NCBI GenBank assembly: GCA_964016885.1
Contig: OZ024748.1
Coordinates: 41,168,001 to 41,232,000, forward strand
From: Eledone cirrhosa
Lineage: Eukaryota
Direction: 5' to 3'
Length of the DNA stretch: 64,000 nt
Both the position numbers and the translations under genes were made by a program. Shown here one piece after another: positions 11,720 through 25,131 of this stretch (its first letter is position 1; each line of letters opens with the position of its first letter). The notes under the pieces were generated by a model, which saw only the letters and a program-made list of their open reading frames with translations, searched no databases and was not told the origin of the DNA.

Positions 11720-12610
11720 GTGTTTAGTATTTAATGGGGAGAGAGAGAGTATAGTATTTAATGGGGAGAGGAGAGAGTTTAGTATTTAATGGGGGAGGGA
11801 TTATAGTGTTTAATGGGGAGAGAGAGTATATTATTTAATAAGGAGAGGGAGTATAGTATTTAATGGGGAGAGGGTGTAGTTTAGTATTGGGGGGGGGGGG
11901 CAGTTTAGTATTTAATGGGGAAAGAAGTTTAGTATTTAATGGGGGAGAGTAGTTTAGTATTTAATGGGGAGAGGGAGTATAGTATTTAATGGGGAGGGGG
12001 AGTATATTATTTAATGAGGAGAGAGAGTAGTTTAGTATTTAAGGGGAGAGGGATAGTTTAGTATTTAATGGGGAAGAGCAGTTTAGTATTTAATGGGGAA
12101 AGTAGTTTAGTATTTAATTGGAGAGTAGTTTAGTATTTAATGGGGACAGGGGTGGTTTAGTATTTAATGGGGGAGAGTAGTTTAGTATTTAATGGGGAGA
12201 GGGAGTATAGTATTTAATGGAGAGAGGGAGTATAGTATTTAATGGAGAGAGGGAGTATAGTATTTAATGAGGAGAGAGAGTAGTTTAGTATTTAAGGGGA
12301 GGGGTAGTTTAGTATTTAATGGGGAGAGGGGTAGTTTGATATTTAATGGGAAGGGGGAGTATAGTATTTAATTGGAAGAGAGAGTAGTTTAGTATTTAAG
12401 GGGAGATGGGGTAGTTTAGTATTTAATGGGGGGGTAGTTTTGTATTTAATGGGGAGAGGGAGTATAGTATTTAATGGGGAGAGACAGTAGTTTAGTGTTT
12501 GTATATTTTAATGGGGAGAGAAGATTGTTTACTGCTTAAAGGGAAGAGAAGGTAATTTAGTGTTCAATAGGGAGGAGAGGGGTGGGGTAGTTTAGTGTTT
12601 AATAGGGAAG
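11720..12610. repeat. ~25-bp G-rich minisatellite (GTTTAGTATTTAATGGGGAGAG)
   Basis: Directly visible. Confidence 0.92.
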
Positions 12611-12764
12611 AGAGAGGATGGGAAGAGAGAGGATGGGAAGAGAGAGGATAAAAAGAGAGGGTGGGTAGTGTAGTGTCATTTTTGATGTTCATGTAAACAA
12701 GAAACCTGAAATGGCTGCCAGAAACTATTACAACAGAATCTCTTTAAGAATTTTAATTTCTTAA

Positions 12765-14610
12765 GGGTGGAGGTGGTGCAGGAGGTGGTGGTGGTGGAGG
12801 TGATGGTGGATGTGGTGTTGGAGGTAGTGGTGGTGGTGCAGACGGTGATGGTGGAGGAGGTGGTGGAGGTGGAGATGGTGGTGGAGGTGGTGTTGGAGGT
12901 AGTGGTGGTGGTGCAGACGGTGATGGTGGAGGAGGTGGTGGAGGTGGAGATGGTGGTGGTGTTGGAGGTGGTGGTGGTGTAGGTGGTGCAGGAGGTGGTG
13001 GTGGTGGAGGAGGAGGTGGTGGTGGTGGTGGAGGAGGAGGTGGTGATGGTGGTGGTACAGGAGGTAGTGGTGGTGGTGAAGGAGGTGGTGGTGGTGCAGG
13101 AGGTGGTGGTGGAGGTGGTGGTGGTGTTGATGGAGGTAGTGGTGGTGGTGGTGGTACAGGAGGTAGTGGTGGTGGTGGTGGTGGTGCAGGAGGTGGTCTG
13201 GAGGTGATGTTGATGGAGGTAGTGGTGGTGGTGGTGGTGGTACAGGAGGTGGTGGTGGTGGTGGTGGTACAGGAGGTGGTGGTGGTGGTGGTGGTACAGG
13301 AGGGAACAAAAGAGGAAGAGAGGGAGTAAGATGAAAAGAATGCAGCAATAAAATAAAAAAATACTACAATATAAAATACTCCTCCTCCTCATACTACCAC
13401 TACCACTGCTACCACTATTACTACCACCTCCTGCACCACTACCACTACTACTGCTACCACTACTATTACTACTACTACCACCACCACTACCACTACTACT
13501 ACTACCACCACCACCACCTCCTGCACCACTACCACTACTACTACTACCACCACCACCTCCTGCACCACTAACACTACCACCACCACCTCCTGCACCACTA
13601 ACACTACCACCACCACCTCCTGCATTACTTCCACTACTACCACCACCAGCTCCTGCACCACTACCACTACTACCACCACCTCCTCCTGCACCACTACCAC
13701 TACTACTACTACTACCACCACCTCCTCCTGCACCACTACAACTACTACCACCACCACCTCCTGCACCACTACCACTACTACTACTACTACCACCACCTCC
13801 TCCTGCACCACTACCACTACTACCACCACCACCTCCTGCACCACTACCACTACTACTACTACTACCACCACCACCTCCTGCACCACTACCACTACTACCA
13901 CCACCACCTCCTGCACCACTACCACTACTACTACTACTACCACCACCTCCTCCTGCACCACTACCACTACTACCACCACCACCTCCTGCACCACTACCAC
14001 TACTACTACTACTACCACCACCACCTCCTGCACCACTACCACTACTACCACCACCACCTCCTGCACCACTACCACTACTACTACTACCACCTCCTGCACC
14101 ACTACTACCACCACCACCTCCTGCACCACTACCACTACTACTACTACTACCACCACCTCCTCCTGCACCACTACAACTACTACCACCACCACCTCATGCA
14201 CCACTACCACTACTACTACTACCACCACCACCACCTCCTGCACCACTACCACTACTACTACTACTACCACCACCACCTCCTGCACCACTACCACTACTAC
14301 CACCACCACCTCCTGCACCACTACCACTACTACTACTACTACCACCACCTCCTCCTGCACCACTACCACTACTACTACTACTACCACCACCACCTCATGC
14401 ACCACTACTACCACCACCACCTCCTGCACCACTACCACTACTACTACTACTACCACCACCTCCTCCTGCACCACTACCACTACTACCACCACCTCCTGCA
14501 CCACTACCACTACTACCACCACCTCCTCCTGCACCACTACCACTACTACCACCACCTCCTCCTGCACCACTACTACTACTACCACCACCACCTCCTGCAC
14601 CACTACCACC
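12765..14610. repeat. Two trinucleotide-based arrays in opposite orientation (GGT-rich 12765-13300; CCA/CTA-rich 13380-14610)
   Basis: GGTGCAGGAGG motif in the left array versus its reverse complement CCTCCTGCACC in the right array. Confidence 0.9.
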
Positions 14611-15675
14611 CTACCCACCTACCTACCCACCAACCAAACCCAATCTTTGCCTATCAATATTCTCTAGTCCCTAGTTTACAACCACCACCACCATCACACA
14701 CTACCCCACACTATTTACTCCCACCCCCCGCCACACTATTTACCCCCACCACCACCACACTATTTACTCCCACCACCACCACACTATTTACCCCCACCAC
14801 CACCACCACACTATTTACCTCACCACCACCTGACATGTTCTTCAGTAATCTTGGAAATGGAAGTGAATCAAAATATGAAAGAGAGGGGGGGGGGGGCGAA
14901 AGAGATGAGGAGAAAGAGAGAGTTTGTATGTTTGTAGAAAACATTGTATGAAGCTGTTCAATCAGGAGCAATTGATAACAACAACAACAAAGATATTATT
15001 GGCAAGGTTTTGGCAGTAGGATCTAAGATTGTCTGATCAACCTAGTTTTGGTAGTAAAACCATTCCACTTCACTTCTTCTACTAAAGCTTTGAGAAAGAA
15101 GAGAAAAGGAAAGTATGAACATCACAGAATCTCATTGGATTATAAGTCTAATGAGAAGCATTGACTGGAAAGTCTAAAAGACTTAATCCCTAGCCTGATT
15201 TACTCTTATGATACTCGGTCACCTAAACCAGCCCTGCCCCACACCCTCAGTCTACAAAGATCTTTATATTGAAGTCTTTATCATCATTACCGTTTAATGT
15301 CCATTTCTGTTCCACACTAAAATGGGTTAGACGAGTTATCTTGTGAGAAATACCAGGTCAGGTGACCATGTCTTGCTCGCACAGAACTGATTTTGCCTTG
15401 GTTTCTACAGCTGGATGCCCTTCCCAGTGCCAACCACATTTACAAAGAGTACTGGGTGCTTTTTGTTGTGTCTCCTACAAGACCACTTTAAAATCTTTTG
15501 TTACCAAACTGTCTGAAACTGGCCCTCATTTTACAATACAAAGCTGTATATTTTGTCAAAAATCCTTCCAGAATAATTTTATGTAAAAACCTTTGTTAAG
15601 TTATGTTCCAAACTTCAGTTTAATAATGAAAAAAAAAATGCATTTTACTGAATTCCTTCAAATGATGTGAAAATC

Positions 15676-16207
15676 ATAGGTAGTGTCTTTCATTAAAAAT
15701 ATGGTAATGAAAGGGTTAATGACATAGACAGTGTCTTTCATTAGAAATATGGTAATGAAAGGGTTAATGACATAGGTAGTGTCTTTCATTAGAAATATGT
15801 TAATGAAAGGGTTAATGACATAGACAGTATCTTTCATTAGAAATATGGTAATGAAAGGGTTAATGACATATGTAGTGTCTTTCATTAGAAATATGGTAAT
15901 GAAAAGGTTAATGACATAGGTAGTGTCTTTCATTAGAAATATGTTAATGAAAGGGTTAAAGACATAGGTAGTGTCTTTCATTAGAAATATGTTAATGAAA
16001 GGGTTAATGACATAGACAGTATCTTTCATTAGAAATATGGTAATGAAAGGGTTAATGACATAGATAGTGTCTTTCATTAGAAATATGGTAATGAAAGGGT
16101 TAAAGTGTTTATATTTATCTAATATAAACACTTTAAGAACCTTTGTTAAGTTATGTTTCAAGCAGCAACAGTGTCTTCCATTAGACATGTAATAATGAAA
16201 GGGTTAA
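15676..16207 (-). repeat. 48-bp minisatellite, same family as 6887-7819, inverted
   Basis: Reverse complement of the same unit, ending AGGG-TTAA. Confidence 0.93.
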
Positions 16208-16534
16208 CCAGAAGCGGTAATTATTATCTTTCGATATTTAAGGGTGTCTCCCTATTTCAGGCCTTTACGTTAAAAGAAAATATATAAAAAGTAAAAAAAA
16301 AAAAAAAAAAGACCATCATGAAAATGATTATTATTATTGTTGATGCAATCAACTGGCACTTCCTTTCTGGAAGTTGGCTTTATGCCAAGTCAGAAGGCAT
16401 TATTATTATTATTGGCAGAGTGCCAGAGTGAATACAATGCCAGGATGTTGTATTTCATAGTTCCATGTTCTCATTTCAAACATCATTAGATTTCTTCCCA
16501 GTGGATACCTGTAATATACTTGGCTGTATTCACT

Positions 16535-18005
16535 CATCCAATCTACTATATACCACACTCCCCTAAAGATACAAACCCTCTACCATCCAATACACTATAT
16601 ACCACACTCCCCTAAAGATACAAACCCTCTACCATCTAATACACTATATACCACACTCCCCTAAAGATACAAACCCTCTACCATCCAATACACTATATAC
16701 CACACACCCCTAAAGATACAAACCCTCTACCATCTAATACACTATATACCACACTCCCCTAAAGATACAAACCCTCTACCATCCAATACACTATATACCA
16801 CACACCCCTAAAGATACAAACCCTCTACCATCTAATACACTATATACCACACTCCCCTAAAGATACAAACCCTCTACCATCCAATACACTATATACCACA
16901 CTATCCGAAAGATACAAACCCTCTACCATCCAATACACTATATACCACATTACCCTAAAGATACAAACCCTCTACAATCCAATACACTATATACCACACT
17001 CCCCTAAAGATACAAACCTTCTACCATCCAATACACTATATACCACACTCCCCTAAAGATACAAACCCTCTACCATCCAATACACTATATACCACATTAC
17101 CCTAAAGATACAAACCCTCTACCATCCAATACACTATATATACCACATTACCCTAAAGATACAAACCCTCTACCATCCAATACACAATATACCACATTAC
17201 CCTAAAGATACAAACCCTCTACCATCCAATACACTATATACCACACTCCCCTAAAGATACAAACCCTCTACCATCCAATACACTATATACCACACTCCCC
17301 TAAAGATACAAACCCTCTACCATCCAATACACTATATACCACACTCCCCTAAAGATACAAACCCTCTACCATCCAATACACTATATACCACACTCCCCTA
17401 AAGATACAAACCCTCTACCATCCAATACACTATATACCACACTCCCCTAAAGATACAAACCCTCTACCATCCAATACACTATATACCACACTCCCCTAAA
17501 GATACAAACCCTCTACCATCCAATACACTATATACCACACTCCCCTAAAGATACAAACCCTCTACCATCCAATACACTATATACCACACTCCCCTAAAGA
17601 TACAAACCCTCTACCATCCAATACACTATATACCACACTCCCCTAAAGATACAAACCCTCTACCATCCAATACACTATATACCACATTACCCTAAAGATA
17701 CAAACCCTCTACCATCCAATACACTATATACCACACACCCCTAAAGATACAAACCCTCTACCATTCAATACACTATATACCACACTCCCCTAAAGATACA
17801 AACCCTCTACCATCCAATACACTATATACCACACTCCCCTAAAGATACAAACCCTCTACCATCCAATACACTATATACCACATTACCCTAAAGATACAAA
17901 CCCTCTACCATCCAATACACTATATATACCACATTACCCTAAAGATACAAACCCTCTACCATCCAATACACTATATACCACATTACCCTAAATATACAAA
18001 ACCTC
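16535..18005. repeat. 49-bp minisatellite (~30 copies)
   Basis: Unit CCATCCAATACACTATATACCACACTCCCCTAAAGATACAAACCCTCTA. Confidence 0.97.
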
Positions 18006-18696
18006 CAACTTATTTTACTAATGGGATAAAAAAATTATAAACCGTACACAGTTATTATAGTTTAGATTAGTTGAAGAGCTGAGATAGAGACGTGTAAATT
18101 GTGAAACACACACACAGAGGCCCCTACCACCACCACTAACACAATTGTTTCTCCCAGTCTAAAGTTTCAAAACAAAACAAAACCCCCAAAAGGACAGATT
18201 TATCAATAATCTACATTAAACTTGTGAAACTAAGAACCAAATTAATGTAAGGGAAAAGCTAAAATTAATCTTTCCCACCATCATATTTTCCTCCTGTATA
18301 GAAATAGGGACTTCATTTGATATAATTACAGGGGAGGGGACACACACACACAGAGAGTCTACACATTTCCGGGAATATTATGTTACCACGACAACAACAA
18401 CAACCACCACAACAACGATAACAACCACAAGCACCCCAACAAGAACAACCACCACCACGACAACCACAACAACAACCACCAAAGTACAGCCCAACCTAGA
18501 TTACAAGGAGGCATCAAATTAGTTTGTAACGTGAAAAAGATAAAGTCAATTGATTCAACCCCAAATTTAGCAGAAGTTATTTTTATCAGCTTGAAAGGAT
18601 GAAAGGCAAAGAATCCGGAGATATTTGGGGGGTTTTCTCTTTTTTCTTTCTTTTTTACAGTTATACATCCAGTTTTCAATTGTGGTGACTGCAATT

Positions 18697-18734
<38 letters not shown>

Positions 18735-19079
18735 TAAATAAATTTGGGTGAGATTTGCATATTGTAACATCTTTTGTTTCTTTTTGTTGCTTTTTATAGA
18801 TAGAAAAAAGTGACAGGAAGGGTTGATGCCAGGAAGGGCATCCGGTTGTAGAATATTGCCCCCAGAAGAAACTCTCACCAAATATCAACTTTCTCATGGC
18901 TCTATCTCAAAAAAATAGAATTAAGAATTTTGAGGGGTTTACAAAAATTACTTTTGTCGGCAAGGCCAGCATTAACTCGCTCGGTATGAACATGAGGCGA
19001 CAAAACAACTTAGGGGAACAGAAAAAGAAAGAAGAATCAAGCAACAAAAAAAAAGGAAGAGGAGCAGAGTCAGTACGTA

Positions 19080-19700
19080 GACCCCAGTTTGAACGGTACC
19101 TCAGCCACCGATAGACAAAACGGCAAAAGTATTACCGTGGAGAAGGGCCAGACACACCTGCTGCAGCAGCCACCCCACCTCACAAGGCTCTCTTCACAAG
19201 CTGGACACATCTTTCTGACTTCACGGAGGAAATCAGCAGCGTGGGGACCAAGGACACCAGAGGTCTTCCTCTCCTCTGAGGTAATGTGGGGACCAAGGAC
19301 ACCAGAGGTCTTCTTCTCCTCTGTGGTAAAGTGGGGACCAAGGACACCAGAGGTCTTCCTCTCCTCTGAGGTAATGTGGGGACCAAGGACACCAGAGGTC
19401 TTCTTCTCCTCTGTGGTAATGTGAGGACCAAGGACACCAGAGGTCTTCTTCTCTGTGGTAATGTGGGGACCAAGGACACCAGAGGTCTTCTTCTCTGTGG
19501 TAATGTGGGGACCAAGGACACCAGAGGTCTTCCTCTCCTCTGTGGTAATGTGGGGACCAAGGACACCAGAGGTCTTCCTCTACTCCGTGGTAATGTGGGA
19601 ACCAAGGGCACCAGTGTTCTTCCTCTCCTCTGTGGTAATGTGGGGACCAAGGACACCAGAGATCTCAACAGAGACTGGTACAAAGATGAGGAGGGCTGTC
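19080..19700 (-). mobile_element. CRE-like non-LTR retrotransposon 3' fragment with internal 42/45-bp minisatellite (19241-19660)
   Basis: Minus strand FVPVSVEISGVLGPH...AADFLREV...GWLLQQVCLALLHGNTFAVLSIGG; tandem unit GTGGGGACCAAGGACACCAGAGGTCTTCCTCTCCTCTGTGGTAAT. Confidence 0.7.
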
Positions 19701-20097
19701 AAGTCCCCTTCCTATGTGTTTACATTTACTGTTTGTTTATCTCCTATAAGTTAGGGGTTTGACAAAAAAAAAAAAAAGAAAAAAATGATAAAATATGTAC
19801 TAGACCAGAGAAAATTAAATAATGGGGTTGATGTAATAGACTAAATCTTTTAAAGGGAGTGCCCCAGCTTGGCCACAGTCTAATGAGTGAAACCAGTAAA
19901 ATAATAAACTAAACGTAGAAAATTGTAAAGCATTTAGTCTGGTACTTAACCATTCCTGGCACTAATTCTTCTCTCTTACATTGGCTTGGAGCCTGATAGA
20001 TTTAGCAGAAATAAGAAACTGAGATATTCATATTTTAACAACTGTTTTTGTGTGAGAGAACAAAGGTTGAGGGTAACAACTAGAAACAGGACAGCAA

Positions 20098-20139
<42 letters not shown>

Positions 20140-20149
<10 letters not shown>

Positions 20150-20410
20150 TAAAAAAATAATGAATAAAACAATGAAACAGTTCCTTATATTAAACAAAAA
20201 AAGTTCATTATTTAACGATCGTTTCTAGGACATATATGTGTTAGAATTGGCATGCATATTCAAAAGATCTTTGTACAAAATTATACAAACTATCAAAGAG
20301 AATATACATACCAACACATATATATGCTGTCTTCAGAAATAAATGAACTTTTTTTGTTTAATATAAGGAACTGTTTCATTGTTTTATTCATTATTTTTTT
20401 AATATTTTAT
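20140..20410 (-). ncRNA. Hammerhead ribozyme motif with long stem II, enclosed by ~70-bp inverted repeats
   Basis: Minus strand GTTCATTTATTT-CTGAAGA-[CAGCATATATATGTGTTGG...CTAACACATATATGTCCTA]-GAAA-CGATCG-TT-AAATAATGAAC; arms 20140-20213 and 20337-20410. Confidence 0.72.
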
Positions 20411-20694
20411 CTTGACTCTGTATTCCGTTTATCTTTCACCGAAAGTGATCTCTTCTTTCCATGATATCCGGATTACATTGAGTTCTTCATACGGATTGGA
20501 CACTACCGTAAACTTTTGGTAGATTTATCTACATATATATATATATATAGATAGATACATACATACATATACACATACATACTTTCATCATCAACATTTA
20601 ATGTCTATTTTCTAAATATATAATTTGAGGGGGAAAATTTTGAGGAAAACTTCAGGGAAAATTTTTTGAGAAAAATTTTGAGGAAATTTTTTGA

Positions 20695-20860
20695 GGAGAG
20701 AAGCTGCAGCAGAGGAAGGCCAAGGAAAAGCTAGACAGAATCAGTACAAGCAGATCTCAAAACAGTGAACCTCAGAGAAGACAAAGGGTAGAGTGAAGGA
20801 ATGTACCATCTAACCCATACAAACATGGAAAAACAGGCATAAAAAAGATTATGATGATGA
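20695..20860 (+). mobile_element. RTE-like LINE 3' remnant
   Basis: SCSRGRPRKS..ESVQADLKTVNL motif followed by a (GAT)n tail. Confidence 0.55.
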
Positions 20861-21188
20861 CTTTCCATGTCTCTCTAGACTGACATGGATTGGCAGAAAC
20901 TTGTTGAGGCAGTATCTATAAGTAGATATCCTTCCTAAGTCCAACTTCTTACACATCTGCTCAACTATGGGACTTCTGGTAATGCAGGACATATACAAAC
21001 ATCACTGGCTCTGCTAATGATGTTAAATGCAAAGAGAAGGCACAGAGACAAACAAATATATGCACTACATCGGGCTTCCTTACAGTTTCCATCTACCAAT
21101 TTCACCTACAAGATATTGGTTAACCCAAGACTATTGTAGATGATGATTATGACTGATTAAGACTAACACTGATTAAGACTAAGACTGA

Positions 21189-22133
21189 TCTGTTAGACAC
21201 GCAGTGACTAACAACAGAATGTTTTAAGTCTGCGTGTCTGACATACATGCGTAGCTTATGAATAAAAAATTCAAGGGGTATCGCTGGCCGTGGTGATCCC
21301 TCCCAAACATCTTTTGTAATGTATCTTCTTATTGGCTAATTTCATCGTCTTATTGGCTAATCAACCAGCGAGAGTAATTGTTGCTCAAAAGCATCCGCCA
21401 CTTTGTTTGCACGTTTATTTATCGTTTCGCTTTTGAATCTTCCTCCAGTATTTCGTCGTTTATCATCAAAATATTTTTCTCATTTTGGTAAGTTATATTG
21501 TTAATTTATATATGATTTTTTAAATTTATATTTACTACTAAAAGTCTGAAAATATTTTTATACATCTTGCAATAATATTTATAAGATCATTTATAAAATA
21601 ATTATATAATCTAATTACATTACAATAATTTATTATTAATATATATCATGTTTAACTAGAGTTATTACAAGCGTTGCCTTAACAAAATATATACTAGACC
21701 TGAAAAATGCGCAAGCTCAAAAGAGCCACAGAATGTTATAATAAACCTTCAAAAGTGTGGGACTAGAGTTGTTGCTCAAAAAATATTGTAACCATTATCT
21801 ATTGTACACTCTGTGGCATCCTTTTATAAAAAAGAGACTCATAATGAATTCAAGACGACATGATAATTATTTAAGCTAATGTATCTCATGTTAGATGTTT
21901 ATTAATGATTAATACGAAATGCACTTAAACTGAATTCTATATTATAAATTCACTTAAATAATCATTGTGTCGTCTTGAGTTCGTTATGAGTCTCTTTTTT
22001 ATAAAAGGATGCCACAGAGTGTACGATAGATAATGATTACAATATTTTTGAGCAACAACTCTAGTCTCACACTTTTGAAGGTTTATTATAACATTCTGTG
22101 GCTCTTTTGAGCTTGTGTATTGTTCAGGTCTAG
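21189..22133 (+). mobile_element. Helitron-like insertion with internal inverted copy of its 3' end
   Basis: A|TC ... CTAG|T junctions with no TSD; removal restores the satellite GACTGATTAAGAC. Inverted repeat 21693-21875 versus 21955-22134. Confidence 0.75.
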
Positions 22134-24875
22134 TTAAGACTGATTAAGACTAAGGTTGATTATGACTGATTAAGACTAAGATTGATTAAGACTAAGATTG
22201 ATTATGATTGATTAAGACTGATTAAGACTAAGATTGATTATGATTGATTAAGACTGATTAAGACTAAGGTTGATTAAGACTAAGGTTGATTATGATTCAT
22301 TAAGACTGATTAAGACTAAGATTGATTATGACTGATTAGGACTAAGATTGATTATGACTGATGAGGACTAAGATTGATTAAGACTAAGACTGATTAAGAC
22401 TAAGATTGATTATGACTAAGATTGATTAAAACTAAAATTAATTAAGACTAAGATTGATTATGACAGATTAAGACTAAGATTGATTATGACTGATTAGGAC
22501 TAAGATTGATTAAGACTAAGACTGATTAAGACTAAGATTGGTTATGACTGATTAAGACTAAGATTGATTAAGACTGATTAAGACTAAGATTGATTAAGAC
22601 TACGGTTGATTATGATTGATTAAGACCGATTAAGACAGACTGATTAAGACTAAGATTGATTATGACTAAGATTGATTATGACTGATTAAGACTAAGATTG
22701 ATTATGACTGATGAGGACTAACATTGATTAAGACTAAGACTGATTAAGACTAAGATTGAATATGACTGATTAAGACTAAGATTGATTATGACTGATTAAG
22801 ACTAAGATCGATTAAGACTAAGACTGATTAAGACTAAGACTGATTAAGACTAAGATTGATTATGACTGATTAAGACTAAGATTGATTATGACTGATTAAG
22901 ACTAAGATTGATTATGACTCATTAAGACTAAGATTGATTATGACTGATTAAGACTAAGATTGATTAAGACTAATTAAGACTAAGATTGATTAAGACTAAA
23001 ATTGATTATGATTAAGATTGATTATGACTGATTAAGACTAAGATTGATTAAGACTAAGATTGATTATGACTGATTAAGACAAAGATTGATTATGACTAAG
23101 ATTGATTATGACTGATTAAGACTAAGATTGATTAAGACTAAGATTGATTATGACTGATTAAGACAAAGATTGATTATGACTAAGATTGATTATGACTGAT
23201 TAAGACTAAGATTGATTAAGACTAAGATTGATTATGACTGATTAAGACTATAATTGATTATGATTAAGATTGATTATGACTGATTAAGACTAAGATTGAT
23301 TAAGACTAAGATGTATTATGACTGATTAAGACTAAGATTGATTATGACTGATTCAGACTAAGATTGATTATGACTAAGATTGATTAAGACTAAGATTGAT
23401 TAAGACTACGATTGATTAAGACTACGATTGATTAAGACAGACTGATTAAGACTAAGATTGATGATTACTAAGATTGATTATGACTGATTATGACCAAGAT
23501 TGATTATGAAAAAGATTGATTATGACCAAGATTGATTATGACCAAGATTGATTATGACCAAGATTGATTATGACCAAGATTGATTATGACCAATATTGAT
23601 TATGACCAAGATTGATTATGACCAAGATTGATTATGACCAAGATTGATTATGACCAAGATTGATTATGACCAAGATTGATTATGACCAAGATTGATTATG
23701 ACCAAGATTGATTATGACCAAGATTCATTATGACCAAGATTGATTAAGACTGATTAAGACTAAGATTGATTATGACTAAGATTGATTCTGACTAGGATTG
23801 ATTCTGACTAAGATTGATTATGACTGATTGAGACTAAGATTAAGACTAAGATTGATTAAGACTAAGATTGATTATGACTAAGATTGATTATGACTGATTA
23901 AGACTAAGATTGATTAAGACTAAGATTGATTATGACTAAGATTGATTATGACTGATTGAGACTAAGATTAAGACTAAGATTGATTATGCATGATTAAGAC
24001 TAAGATTGATTATGACTAAGATTAATTATGACTGATTAAGACTAAGATTGATTAAGACTAAGATTGATTATGACTAAGATTGATTATGACTGATTAAGAC
24101 TACGATTGATTATGACTGATTAAGACTAAGATTGAATATGACTGATTATGATTATGACTGATTAAGAATAAGATTGATTATGATTAAGATTGATTATGAC
24201 TGATTAAGACTAAGATTAATTATGACTAAGATTGATTATGACTGATTAAGACTAAGATTGATTATCACTGATTATGATTACAATTGATTATGGCTGATTA
24301 AGACTAAGATTGATTAAGACTAAGATTGATTATGACTAAGATTGATTAAGACTAAGATTGATGATTACTAAGATTGATTATCACTGATTATGACCAAGAT
24401 TGATTATGACCAAGATTGATTATGACCAAGATTGATTATGACCAAGATTGATTACGACCAAGATTGATATGACCAAGATTGATTATGACCAAGATTGATT
24501 ATGACTAAGATTGATTATGACTGATTAAGACTAAGATTGATTATGACTAAGATTGATTAAGACTAAGACTGATTAAGACTAAGATTGATTATGACTAAGA
24601 TTGATTATGACTAAGATTGATTCTGACTAACATTGATTCTGACTAAGATTGATTATGACTGATTGAGACTAAGATTAAGACTAAGATTGATTATGACTGA
24701 TTAAGGCTAAGATTGATTAAGACTAAGATTGATGATTACTAAGATTGATTATGACTGATTAAGACTAAAATTGATTATGACCAAGATTGATTATGACTGA
24801 TTAAGACTAAGATTGATTAAGACTAAGATTGATTATGACTAAAATTGATGACAGATTAAGACTAAGATTGATTAA
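22134..24875. repeat. 10/15-bp satellite (GATTAAGACTAAGATT / GATTATGACT); left remnant at 21140-21188
   Basis: Directly visible; includes homogeneous GATTATGACCAAGATT sub-blocks. Confidence 0.97.
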
Positions 24876-25131
24876 AGGGTGATAGTGGGTGGGGAGAGGG
24901 ATTGTGGGTGGAGAGGGGGATAGTGTGTGAAGAGGGGGTAGTCTGTGGGGAGGGGGATACAGTTTATGTGTGTGTGACAAAGAAAGATGGGTTGTAGACT
25001 TGCTAGCTTTGTTGTGTTTGGAATGAGAGAGAGAGTGAGAGAGAGAGAGAGAAGATATATAGAGAGAGAGTGAGACAGTAAAGAATGTAAATAGTTCTAG
25101 TCCAACAAGTGGAGGACAGTTGAGTGTAATT

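Noticed and set aside
12670-12762. Short unique island as an exon
   Set aside because: Splice signals are ambiguous on both strands and the peptide is not recognisable.
12676-14951. Poly-His/poly-Val ORFs
   Set aside because: They are trinucleotide-repeat artefacts.
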